From contig CAWBYW010000004.1 of assembly GCA_963792965.1 (NCBI GenBank), positions 32,001-96,000 on the forward strand: DNA of 64,000 nt, in the 5' to 3' direction. A program made the position numbers and the translations under genes. The notes under the pieces are model-generated. The model saw only the letters and a program-made list of their open reading frames with translations, was not told the DNA's origin and did not search any database. Below, piece after piece: positions 51,339 through 60,894 of this stretch (position 1 is its first letter; each line of letters opens with the position of its first letter). Source of the stretch: an uncultured delta proteobacterium. GTDB lineage: Bacteria; Desulfobacterota; Zymogenia; Zymogenales; Zymogenaceae.

Positions 51339-51684
51339 GGCGGCGGTGTCTCTCCATTCAAAAAAAAGTCTCGGCGCCCGATTGCGCGCAGAGGGTTATA
51401 TGATTGGTCGGCCTCGTGAGCAGACTGCCGACTTCCGATTTTGGTAGGCCCGAATGGGGACTCCGGGGAAGGTCGCTCCCCCTGACAAAATCGAGACGCG
51501 GAGGGTTGTTTATTATCGCTACTATGATATCAAGGAGAGAGTGAGGACATGCACAAGGAGAGAATGCGGGCAGGGGGCGCGGCGCCCCTTGACAGGCGAC
51601 GATACGGTTACCATTATAATAGAGAGGGATGAGATATTCACGGCACCGGCCGGTGTCCGGCCGGGGCAGGAAAGGAGGAGAGCC

Positions 51685-52149
51685 ATGAAAGATAAAAAGA
51701 TAGAGCAGGTTTACGAGATCTTCATCCGCACCACGCCGGAGACGCTCTGGCGGGCGCTGATCGAGGCCAAGTTCACGGAAAAATATTTCTTCGGCACGTC
51801 GGTAAAGACGACCGCCAAAAAGGGGGATCCCATCTCCTACACGATGGAGGATGGCAGACTCGCCGTGGACGGCGTGGTGTTAGAGGCGGTGCCGCCGAAG
51901 AGGCTCGTGCAGACATGGGTCGGGCATTACGATAAAAAGCTCGAAAAAGAGACATCCATCGTACGTTGGGAGATCGAGAAGCGGGATGACGTCTGCAAGC
52001 TGACCGTCACCCACGACCTGACGGACGCCCCGGTACTGGCGGGGCACGTCGGCATGGAGGGCTGGAGCGTGGTGCTCTCCGGCCTGAAGACGCTCTTGGA
52101 GACGGGCGAGCCGCTGGTCATCAAGATGGCCCATGAGAACGCGGCATAG
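51685..52149 (+). CDS. SRPBCC/AHSA1-like ligand-binding protein
   Basis: YEIFIRTTPETLWRAL, PPKRLVQTW, GWSVVLSGLKTLLETG; RBS AGGAGG. Confidence 0.88.
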   Translation: MKDKKIEQVYEIFIRTTPETLWRALIEAKFTEKYFFGTSVKTTAKKGDPISYTMEDGRLAVDGVVLEAVPPKRLVQTWVGHYDKKLEKETSIVRWEIEKRDDVCKLTVTHDLTDAPVLAGHVGMEGWSVVLSGLKTLLETGEPLVIKMAHENAA

Positions 52150-52178
52150 GCTGGCGCGGCGCGGGGCCTGAAATTATC

Positions 52179-52259
52179 GGGGGTCGGATCTGCGCCCGAC
52201 GTTGATTCCTTCCCGGCGGAAGGAGCCTATCAACAAGTCCGGGCGCACCTTTGACCCCC
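52179..52259. repeat. 81-bp imperfect palindrome with GGGGGTC...GACCCCC ends (REP/MITE-like)
   Basis: Nested pairs GGGGGTC/GACCCCC, TGCGCCCG/CGGGCGCA, GTTGAT/ATCAAC, TCCTTCC/GGAAGGA. Confidence 0.75.
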
Positions 52260-52277
52260 TTCTTACTTTACGGGTCG

Positions 52278-52910
52278 TCAGCTCGCGGTCGCGGTGTTGT
52301 CGCGTGCGGCCTCGTCCTGCAGCCGCGCGGCCTCGCCTGTCAGCCGCGCCAGGTGGTCCCGGACGTCGCGGGGCCAGCGCGTCGATCAGGTCCTTCAGGC
52401 GGACGTAGTCCCCGGCGTAGAGCGCGCGGGAGGCCTCCTGGAACCCGGGGAGGTTTCCCCCCATGACCCACATGAACTTCCCCGCGGCGTCCCTGGCCAT
52501 CGCGCGCCCGCTCTTTGGGGCCGCCGAGCTTCCGGGCCTCGTCGACCAGCCGCCGTATCGCGGCCGACGCCCCGCCGGATTGCGCGCCGAGCCACTCCCA
52601 GTGGCGCGGCAGAAGCGAGACCTCCTTGCAGACCACGCCCAGGCTGGGGCGGCCCGGCCCGCTCTTCGGCCGGGGGACGGGCTTGTCCTCGGCAAAGAGG
52701 GGGTGGGAGGCGAGCCGAGCCAGGGCCTCTTCCGGCGTGCCCCGGAGGTCGAAATCGACCTGCCGATCCTGTCCGGTCCTCGAAGATAAGGATCGGCGCG
52801 GGCTCTCCGCTGTCGATTTGCTCCATCGTTTTTCGTATCGTCGTGTCAACGTCCCCCGAGGCGATAAGCCGCTCCCCGGCGAACGCCGTAAATGTCCGTT
52901 CGGTCTCCAT
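52278..52910 (-). CDS. DUF2239 family protein, about 3 frameshifts
   Basis: TAFAGERLIASG, IFEDRTG+RQVDFDLRG, GRPSLGVVCKEVSLLPRHWEWL, GNLPGFQEASRALYA, WPRDVRDH. Confidence 0.85.
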
Positions 52911-52984
52911 CGGTAACTCCTCTCGTGTAGATCACGTTGTCATTCAAATCCAGCGGCGTCTCCGCGCCGCATGCCAATGGAGTA

Positions 52985-53026
52985 ATTATACCAGGGTAAA
53001 ATAGGTTTGTCAATACTACCCGGGTA
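52985..53026 (-). promoter_or_regulatory. Consensus sigma70 promoter with two TACC(C/A)GGGTA palindromes
   Basis: Minus strand TTGACA (53013-53008) -17 bp- TATAAT (52990-52985); boxes at 52989-52998 and 53017-53026. Confidence 0.8.
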
Positions 53027-53129
53027 AAAATAAGGGGAAAGGGAAGAATATTTCCGCAAAAGACCTCACGTGTGCAATGAATAGGAATGCGGTGTAGGCA
53101 GGCGCGGTGTGGTTTCTAAATGCGGCAGG

Positions 53130-53201
53130 GTCAAATCTACGCGTGGTGCTGGTCACTCCCTGACGGAAGAACCGTATTAATAAGGCCAGCGTAGGTTTGA
53201 T
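53130..53201. repeat. Repeat family B, copy 1 (72-bp hairpin-forming)
   Basis: GTCAAATCTACGC...GCGTAGGTTTGAT; 52/72 identical to 53669-53740 without gaps. Confidence 0.8.
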
Positions 53202-53643
53202 CCCGAGACCCAAGGCGTTTTCTAACTAACTTGAAATCTGGCTCGTGGCCGTCTTTAGGTTTTCCGTACCCAATCGCCATGAAAATTATGTATGCCGACC
53301 ACGCCAAGCTTACGGAAACAAAAATACACCAGAAACACACGTAGCAGCTATACGATATAAGTCTAATCCACAACTCACCGATGCACCAAAATATGAAAAG
53401 ATACGGATACCACTGCAAGAGACCTTTGCGAATCTTTCCCTTAGGGCCTTCCTGATATCTCAGTTGCCTAAAGCTTGCCGCGAAATAGACCGTTGATCCC
53501 GAAAGAATAAGCCCGAATAAACTTAGCCATATATCTGGATGTGAGTTTACGTATGTGAAGAATACGCCAATGGCAGTGAGGAATATCGTGGTAGTTGTCC
53601 ACAGAAGGGTATCGTAGTGTCTTGCCCAATCTTCTTTTGTCAT
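53137..53643 (-). CDS. AT-rich small multi-TM orphan protein
   Basis: MTKEDWARHYDTLLW followed by about 4 hydrophobic segments; the ORF ends inside repeat B1. Confidence 0.65.
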   Translation of the reverse strand: MTKEDWARHYDTLLWTTTTIFLTAIGVFFTYVNSHPDIWLSLFGLILSGSTVYFAASFRQLRYQEGPKGKIRKGLLQWYPYLFIFWCIGELWIRLISYSCYVCFWCIFVSVSLAWSAYIIFMAIGYGKPKDGHEPDFKLVRKRLGSRDQTYAGLINTVLPSGSDQHHA

Positions 53644-53668
53644 TCTATACCGATTTGATAGTCCCAAA

Positions 53669-53740
53669 GTTAAATCTACGCGTGACGTTAGCCCCCTCCG
53701 GGCGAAAGAAATGTATTAGTAAGTCGAGCCTAGGTTTGGC
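53669..53740. repeat. Repeat family B, copy 2
   Basis: GTTAAATCTACGC...GCCTAGGTTTGGC. Confidence 0.8.
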
Positions 53741-53763
53741 CACTTAACCTTACAGCTTATAGG

Positions 53764-54054
53764 TTAGCCCTTAACAGCCTGTAGGGCAATCATAAAGGTC
53801 CCAAATCCCGTTAAAAGTAATATTGGAACCATGGAATAGCTATCCGGCGATTTTCCTGATCCTAGGACTCCAATAAAACCAGAAATCGCTGCACCTAAGA
53901 ACACCACCAAGCACACCGATATATTTTGTCCAGCGTTTTGCCGGCAGGCAGAATTTGTTAACATGATCAACATGAAGTTCTGAGACTTGCTCGAGCCCAT
54001 GTCTCTTTGAAAGCTTATACGATTCAAAATGAAAGGTCCGATATTTATCTTCAA
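53764..54054 (-). CDS. Hypothetical 2-TM protein or fragment
   Basis: Two C-terminal hydrophobic segments; stops 23 bp before repeat B2; start codon uncertain. Confidence 0.4.
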   Translation of the reverse strand: MKINIGPFILNRISFQRDMGSSKSQNFMLIMLTNSACRQNAGQNISVCLVVFLGAAISGFIGVLGSGKSPDSYSMVPILLLTGFGTFMIALQAVKG

Positions 54055-54696
54055 ATACCTCTTTAAGGCTCTAAATGCCTTTGGGCTAAAGCAGGGTGTT
54101 TTATATTCTTGAGTTGGCCGTCAACCGATTCGAAGTTTCTTTTAGAACCACTTCATTTATCTTGTTTGTCATTTCCATCTCCTTCTTTCGTTAACCCCGC
54201 ATCAGTATTCACTACGTTCTGTATACCATTATCTTGTCTTGGTCTGCGTGGATTTATCGGGCTGGAATCCAGAGCTTGTAAAAATGCGGAGCTTATATCT
54301 TCGCTTAATAAATATATAGTAGACTTTCTCCTGCTAAATAAGTGCCTTACCCTAATCCCCACATATTTGACTAAATTTGAGTATTTTTTAACATGTTTAA
54401 CTGTTATAAATCTGTGCATGCTCTTTCCTTAGAAAAAAGGTTACCATACTATTTATGAATTACCATTTGTATCGTTGCCAATTATCTTATATTCTGTATC
54501 ATATATTAATTATAAAAACAAACAAAAAGCATTTTCGAAAGGTGGAATTTCATACCTTAAGAAGCTGACTATATGCTCGAAATCCGGAGGAGTTAAAATC
54601 CACGCTTGGTGTTAATCGCTTCTTGACGAAAGAAATATACTAAATAAAGTCAAGCGTGGAATCTAACCAGTCAAAAAAGGAGATGTAAGGAAATGG

Positions 54697-56197
54697 CTAA
54701 AAGAGCGGCCGTTGCACGATCGAAGAGGTCCTGGTTATGCCGCTTAAACAGTCTTCTACTGGCCTAATTGTACTCCTTCCCTCCTCTTCCGACAAAACCG
54801 ATGCAACCCAACAACAGCAGAGACCTTCCCAAAGGGTATCGCTACTTATTACGAGCTTTTGGCAACAAGACGAATCCATCCCTTATGGTCACTATAGGTG
54901 GTAGCTCGCTTACACGAATCAGCTACTTCCGTGTGCGTTCTACCAATGCGCTCGGCGACGCCCGACCATTCTTTTTTCTCAAGGCCAGAAAAGACAACTC
55001 TTTCTGGAGCGTCGTCTCCCGGCAACACATTGCAGCCAATCGTGGGTTCTTGGTCCCCGTCTAAGAAAACACAAGAAGGGCGCGGGAAACGATTTTCGTT
55101 AACCATCTGTCCTAAAGAGCATCCTACTTGTGCCGAACCGTACGGTATGAATTTACATCGTAGCACTGAATCTCTGCCATACTTATAGAGTATTTCTTTT
55201 AGAAGTGTTGCTGCTATAGGGTCTTCAACATAGACATCACATTCTGGATGTTTTTCTTCATCCATCATTGTCATCGCAAACTCAGGGCTTACTTCCCGGA
55301 CTATCGTCTTTGATCTATAGTTAACCGTCGAATCATTGATTATGTATAGTCTGCCATTTAACGGTAATTCTTCAAGTATATATGGCAAATGGGTAGTGAG
55401 AATAATTTGTAGGTCGAGCTGCGACATTTTTCCGCCAAATCCCTTATCAGTCGTCTTTGCGCTCTGGGGTGCAAGGAAGATTCCGATTTCATCAATCAAA
55501 ATAAGGCTGTACTTTTCTGGTTCCACCTGTAAGAGCTCCGCAACGGTTATTTCTCCCGCGCCTTGATGGAATCCGGAATAATGTCTTTCCTCCTGTTGTC
55601 CGAGGACAGGAACTCTTCTGTGTGCATCGAGATTAGTTTAAAGCCATATGTGCGGATTCATATTTCCTACCAACTATGTTCGATAATCTGTCCAAAACGG
55701 TCTTTTCAAAATTATTGGTTTCAGTTTCCTTCAATAACGGGTTCGCGAGCCTGCGATAGCCGGTTCTCGCGGAAACCGGCTGAATTCGACTCAAAGTCAA
55801 TGTACTCAACATGCCTTTCCGGTCGCTCCGGATTTCCCCGCCATCGGTCAGTTGGTTGCCCTTGATCGTCCTAATATCCGAATTCTTACCCTGCCAGTAC
55901 GAAAATTTTATGTTAATGTTTTGCAGAGTATCCCACGGAGTATCCGGAAAATAGTCCGAGGCGAATCGATTCACCCCCGGCGACTTATACACAGACGCAG
56001 CGCACTGGAGAATGGTACTTTTCCGGAACCGTTCTCTCCAATAAGGGCGACTATAGGGAATTGAAACTCAATTTTTTCGCCGCACCAGCCCCTAAGCCCG
56101 TCGATCTCAATCCATTCGAGGAATTGCGGCCAACCATTACCACCACCTCGAGTACTCCATTTGTTACTAGTTTTCTTACTTCACTGCTTAACGCCAT
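54697..56197 (-). pseudogene. ABC-type ATPase + TOPRIM-like domain gene (OLD/PARIS-like architecture), multiple frameshifts
   Basis: Reconstructed across frames: MALSSEVRKL...LEWIEIDGLRGW...ALIGENGSGKSTIL (Walker A)...FHQGAGE...LILIDEI (Walker B)...IILTTH...VYVED...VFLDGD (TOPRIM E and DxD). Confidence 0.75.
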
Positions 56198-56600
56198 CTC
56201 AGACCTCACTGATGAGCCGGGGCATACCGGATCCAATAGGGTGTTAAAGACACTGCGAAGTGTGTTTAATACTTACAATAATGGTGCTATCATAGCATAA
56301 TACCGGTTCAAAGTCAAGTATAAAGCCACAGCTAAAATTGCGTTCGTACAAGTACGGTGCCCTCTTATGAGTAGGGGAGGGATTAATGCGCCAGGTTTGC
56401 TTACAATAAGGATGGATAAGAGTAAGATCAACCCGTAAAGCTACCCGTGTCTACACTTCCGGGTCGGTTTTCGACACCACCTGCCGGTAGTCGATGAACT
56501 CCACGGGCGCCAGGCACTCGGGGTAGAGCACGCCGGCGAACTTCTTGACCTCGGGCGATTCGGGGTGGATTCGATGGGCGCGGACCGGCGGGGGCGGGAG

Positions 56601-57215
56601 CTATCTCTTCTCTTTCTTCCTCGCCTTTTCCTCCCTGATCGCGTTGACGCGCATCACGAAGACCGGGTGCCATTTGACGACGTAGCCGCTTATCTCCCGC
56701 GACCCCACGATCAGTATCTCTTCTTCCATCAGGCTCTCGATGGCCTCGCTGACCATCTGGGGCGTCGTGTCGGAGTGGACGCCGCGCATCCCCTTGACGG
56801 CCGTGTGCGAGACGAGCACCTCCTGGCCGAGGTTTTCAAACGAGCGGACGTGGGTGGTCAAGAGGTAGTCGATGACCCGGTCCTGCAGGGTCGTCCCGCC
56901 GGAGACGTAGGCCTCCCGGATGAGAGAGGAGGCGTCGCCCTCCTTCTTGTCTTTGCGGGCCTTGAGCGCGCCGCGCCCGAGGTCGTGCTTGATGAAGCCG
57001 TCCACCTCCACGCGAGACTCGAAGACCTCGTAGCCGCCGGGGTGCGCGACGATGAAGAGGGGGGCCTGCTTGAACTCTTTCCTGACGATGGTGTAGGCTT
57101 TCTTCGCGGATTTTTCGCCCGAGGCGGGGGCGGCGTCGGCCTCGACGAGGACAGAGTCGTTTGTCTGCATGCGCCCGAGCGCTTCGAGCAACGCTTCCAG
57201 GGGGATACGATCCAT
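56601..57215 (-). CDS. Hypothetical protein (204 aa)
   Basis: Host-like codon usage; GGAGG RBS upstream; no recognised motif. Confidence 0.7.
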   Translation of the reverse strand: MDRIPLEALLEALGRMQTNDSVLVEADAAPASGEKSAKKAYTIVRKEFKQAPLFIVAHPGGYEVFESRVEVDGFIKHDLGRGALKARKDKKEGDASSLIREAYVSGGTTLQDRVIDYLLTTHVRSFENLGQEVLVSHTAVKGMRGVHSDTTPQMVSEAIESLMEEEILIVGSREISGYVVKWHPVFVMRVNAIREEKARKKEKR

Positions 57216-57368
57216 GGCTTGTGCCTCCGCGTGCGCGTGTTTCGTGGTATTTTACACGAAACGGGGGCGAATACAACCTATTTCATCTCCGCCCGTCACC
57301 GGGCCCCGTGGGGCCGGGAGCCAACGGCGGCCGGGCATACGCCGGGCGGTCGTTATCAGTGCCCCTTC

Positions 57369-57438
57369 TTCTTTTCCCTTGCCTTTTGTTCCGCCGATCC
57401 GCTACACTGCTTCGGAGATGATACCCATGAGGAATAGA
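57369..57438 (+). repeat. Repeat family C, copy 1 (promoter-like module)
   Basis: TTGCCT-N18-TACACT; 48/53 identical to 58331-58383, with similarity extending through ATG...GAATAGA. Confidence 0.8.
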
Positions 57439-57518
57439 GCCAAGGGGTCACGTCTCCGTCTAATAACTCGTCACGTGTCAACACTCTTAGTGCCGGGGAC
57501 AGCTAAAGGGGAGGATAT

Positions 57519-57758
57519 ATGGGAAAAAACAAAATACACTTTGATTGGAGCATTGGCTTTTGGTCAGGAGTAGCTGTTATAAGCCTAATCAACATTACCT
57601 TATGTCTTTTCCATAAAAACCGGTTGGCTTTTGATTTCTACATATTAGGAGTTTCAATTATCGTACTCATTGTATTTGCGATAATCTTAGTTAGAAGAAA
57701 GAGAAAGGAAGGGGGGATGGACAAGAAGCCCAACAAAGACAACACTCTTATTGACTAA
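57519..57758 (+). CDS. Small 2-TM AT-rich protein
   Basis: GGAGG RBS, two hydrophobic helices, basic tail. Confidence 0.65.
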   Translation: MGKNKIHFDWSIGFWSGVAVISLINITLCLFHKNRLAFDFYILGVSIIVLIVFAIILVRRKRKEGGMDKKPNKDNTLID

Positions 57759-57835
57759 CTCGAACTGTGGTAAAGTTCTCGGGGGTAGGTCATAATTAGA
57801 TATTAGATACCATAATCCAAATCGAGGAGGAACTT

Positions 57836-58255
57836 ATGGGAAATCTATTGACCTCAATTATAGTTTTTTCCGGTATCTCTGTCGCCGCATTTCTTCTTTC
57901 CGGCCTTTTTCTATGGATAGGCACAACGCTATTTGGAGTTAAAAAGGAAATCCTCAAGAGAGCGCCTGTTGCTATGCTCGTCTCAAGTTTCTTTGTTTGG
58001 GGCGTGGCGCTGTTCTTTTTCGTTTTCGACAAAGCCCTGGGAACCGGCTTCGGCACCCTTCTCTTCTTCTGGATAGTCGCCATCGCAATTACTTTTCCAT
58101 TTCATAAGATCGCCCTTAGACTTATGTGGAACGAATCTATCGCTGTTTCGTTTTCCATGACCTTATCACATGTGATATTTATGATCCTCCTTGTCGGATA
58201 TTTTACGTTTGGCACAGTCAGTGTGACCTGCCACCCGGAAGCAAGTCCATGCTAA
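57836..58255 (+). CDS. Small 4-TM membrane protein
   Basis: GAGGAGG RBS; four hydrophobic segments. Confidence 0.7.
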   Translation: MGNLLTSIIVFSGISVAAFLLSGLFLWIGTTLFGVKKEILKRAPVAMLVSSFFVWGVALFFFVFDKALGTGFGTLLFFWIVAIAITFPFHKIALRLMWNESIAVSFSMTLSHVIFMILLVGYFTFGTVSVTCHPEASPC

Positions 58256-58330
58256 GCGTTTGGGTTTGAGGAAGAATAGACACTCAGAAGAGAGCGAGTC
58301 TTCGTCAAACTTCTATTACCTTAAGCCGCT

Positions 58331-58400
58331 TTCTTTTCCCTTGCCTTTTGTTCCCCGTATCCGCTACACTGCCTCCGAGATGAAACTCAAGACGAATAGA
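58331..58400 (+). repeat. Repeat family C, copy 2
   Basis: TTGCCT (58341)-N18-TACACT (58365). Confidence 0.8.
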
Positions 58401-58818
58401 AGCGGCAAAAAGAAGGCTATTCCGTCGACCTACTGCGCGGGGCGTGTCGGGATTGTCCTTGCCGTTTACGGCGTCGTCTATGCCGTTACTTCCACATGCC
58501 GGCCTGGACGAGCCGTTCGGGGTCGCCGCCTTAGGGATGGTCCTTGCCGTCGGCGGCTATTACACGCTCCTTGCGTTGTGGGCTATCATCAGGCCATTCA
58601 AAACGTTCAACGTGCTGCTCCTGGCAATCTCGGCGGCCCTCACCGTCTATTTTTCGATCAGGTCGGTCATCATCCCCGTAATCCACCGGGCGCCGGAAAC
58701 GCCGTTTTTTGCCGCATTGTTTTCGGCGCTCATCCATTCACCCGCGGCGATATTCCTGGTCGTGACGATTGCCCTTGCCGCCGCGCTGGTAAAACCCGCC
58801 AAGCCGACCAAGCCGTGA
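58380..58818 (+). CDS. Small membrane protein, probable frameshift near 58440-58500
   Basis: ATG at 58380 directly after the C module; hydrophobic ORF 58444-58818. Confidence 0.5.
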
Positions 58819-58835
58819 CTCACGATATATCGGAA

Positions 58836-58904
58836 TTAAGGCAAGATCTCCTTTTTGGTAACGGAGAGGTATCTCGTCTCATGGCAGAACAGCAGCTTTC
58901 CGAT
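58836..58904. repeat. Repeat family D, copy 1 (69 bp)
   Basis: 58/69 identical to 59812-59880. Confidence 0.85.
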
Positions 58905-58940
58905 AAGGGGATTAGGGTCTTATCTCCCCTTTTGACGTTC

Positions 58941-58977
58941 AAAAAAGAAGGCCTGAAGGGCCCCGGTCTTTCAGGCC
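58941..58977 (-). terminator. Intrinsic terminator downstream of the cysteine hydrolase gene
   Basis: GGCCTGAAAG...CTTCAGGCC stem followed by TTCTTTTTT on the minus strand. Confidence 0.7.
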
Positions 58978-58988
58978 CTCCGGCTCGA

Positions 58989-59699
58989 TCAAGCTTCCGG
59001 CAATACCTCGAAGGTCTTGACGACGTTTTCCGTGCTAATGGAAATGCCCCACCCCGCGAATTTATCTATAACGGCCTGATAGCTTTCCTGGTAGTAGGTC
59101 GTGGTGGCGTCGGAGACCACGTTGGCGAAGTATCCTAAATCCAAAGCCACCCGGACGGTCGTATCGATGCATTCATCTGTCACGAACCCGGCGATATAGA
59201 GGACCTTAATTCCCATGTGATCCAGAACGCGGTCGAGAATGGTGCCCGTAAAGGCCCCGCTGACCGTCTTGGTAAGCACGATCTCCCCCGGGTTCGGCTT
59301 ACATTCGTCCAGAAAGCGGGACGCCTCGTTTCCCGGCGGAAGGATCCACTGTACAAGCTTATGGGCGAGACCGGCGTCACGGCCGTCCCCCGAGAGGGCC
59401 TCTATCTTGACGTGAATCGGGGGGATTCCATTTGCCCTGGCGGCGGCTAATAGCTTTTCGCAGGCGCCGAGGGCGGCATAAAAGCGGTGCCGGTAATCCG
59501 CGAGCGCCTCGTTCACCTCTCCCTCGGCCAGCCCTTTCGCTATGGCTTTCTTGGCTAGATGTTCGGGCGTTGCCAGACCCTGGATGTCGATCAGCAACAG
59601 GGCGGTGTTTTTCTTTGTCGGTGCGGGAAGGTACTGCAGGCCTTTTTCCGTAATTGTGTACGATGCGGCCATCACATCGGCCATGGTGACTTTACCCAT
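58989..59699 (-). CDS. Isochorismatase-family cysteine hydrolase
   Basis: LLLIDIQ (Asp), LTKTVSGAF (Lys), GFVTDECIDTT (Cys); RBS AAGGAGGAGG. Confidence 0.9.
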   Translation of the reverse strand: MGKVTMADVMAASYTITEKGLQYLPAPTKKNTALLLIDIQGLATPEHLAKKAIAKGLAEGEVNEALADYRHRFYAALGACEKLLAAARANGIPPIHVKIEALSGDGRDAGLAHKLVQWILPPGNEASRFLDECKPNPGEIVLTKTVSGAFTGTILDRVLDHMGIKVLYIAGFVTDECIDTTVRVALDLGYFANVVSDATTTYYQESYQAVIDKFAGWGISISTENVVKTFEVLPEA

Positions 59700-59811
59700 T
59701 GTCCTCCTCCTTGGATATACAGAATTAAGGTGATACCATACCTTTAATTATGATCTTGAAACGTAGAAATGACAATTACAATTACGTATGGTGTCCCCTT
59801 AGTTCCCGCCG

Positions 59812-59880
59812 TTAAGGAAGAATCTCCTTTTTGGTAACGTAGAGGTATCTCGTCTCATAGTAGAGTAGCAACCCTCCGAT
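59812..59880. repeat. Repeat family D, copy 2
   Basis: TTAAGGAAGAATCTCCTTTTTGGTAACGTAGAGGTATCTCGTCTCAT...TCCGAT. Confidence 0.85.
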
Positions 59881-59939
59881 GGCCGAAATCATGCCGTCCT
59901 GCTTATCTTCGCGGCCCCCTAAGAGACGGAGCATATCTA

Positions 59940-60599
59940 CTAATCGAGAAGTCCCACAACAAGTCTGCAATGGTCGTTGCCTTTTTGTGCCTGGCAATAT
60001 TCTTCTTTTCCCTTTATCGATGATATCAGTTTTTCGTCGGCGCCCTTATGCTTCAGTATGAGACGAAGAAGGGAAACGAGCCAACCTGCCTGATAGTCAC
60101 AGAAGGTCTGTCTAAAATCTATCTTCAGCGCCGAATTTCTCTCGGCGGCCGATTCCATGATCCTCACGACCGTTGTGGAACAGGGATGGTTCTTTAAAAG
60201 ACATACTATCCTCGGGTTCTCGGTACTGAGGTCTATTTCGGGATGCAGATAGACCCCCCAGCCGGTCGCGAGACCTATCGTCCCGTAGTAATGAATGAGG
60301 CTCTCGTCCCACTTCGCGTAGCCGGCCTCGACCGATTCCATGGCGAATCTCTCCGCGGCATAGTACCCGCCTCTGTACATAAGATTCTTTATGCCGTTCT
60401 GGCCCATCATTTCAAAAATCGCCAGCGTCATTGGGGCGAACATAAGATCGCGGGTCGTAAAGATCACATTGAGGCCCATAGCCTTTAACGTCGCCACGTC
60501 GGCGCCGTCTCTCTCGTGTTTTAGATCCTTTAACACGGTGGTGAGGAGACCGGCGGCGGTCTCAATAATGTTATTGTCAATCAATAGCTTATCGCTCAT
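59940..60599 (-). CDS. V4R-domain protein
   Basis: LMYRGGY, TGWG, FCDYQAGW, EEYCQAQKGNDHCRL. Confidence 0.78.
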   Translation of the reverse strand: MSDKLLIDNNIIETAAGLLTTVLKDLKHERDGADVATLKAMGLNVIFTTRDLMFAPMTLAIFEMMGQNGIKNLMYRGGYYAAERFAMESVEAGYAKWDESLIHYYGTIGLATGWGVYLHPEIDLSTENPRIVCLLKNHPCSTTVVRIMESAAERNSALKIDFRQTFCDYQAGWLVSLLRLILKHKGADEKLISSIKGKEEYCQAQKGNDHCRLVVGLLD

Positions 60600-60894
60600 C
60601 GGCTGCTCCAAAAATAGGTGATGGGTTAGAATTGAATATTATAATGGATAGTATATTCTGATAGACACCGAGTCAAGACAATAAATTAGTAAAAGTGAAA
60701 GATTTAGGTTACTAATTGCACTATTCTCTGATAATCTTATAGGAATGAATATATAAGAGTGTAGCAAAGGACGATGCTATAATTACCGCCGGAGGGACAG
60801 CGGGTGCAGGCCCGGAGCCGTCAAGGGCACCGGGGAGGGGGCCTTTATCCTTTATAAGGGAAAAGGGGGCACGGCTCCCTTTCACTTCTCCAAC

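Noticed and set aside
54153-54419. 88-aa ORF in the AT-rich islet
   Set aside because: It has a plausible RBS but no motif and may be a fragment of a frameshifted gene, so it was not called.
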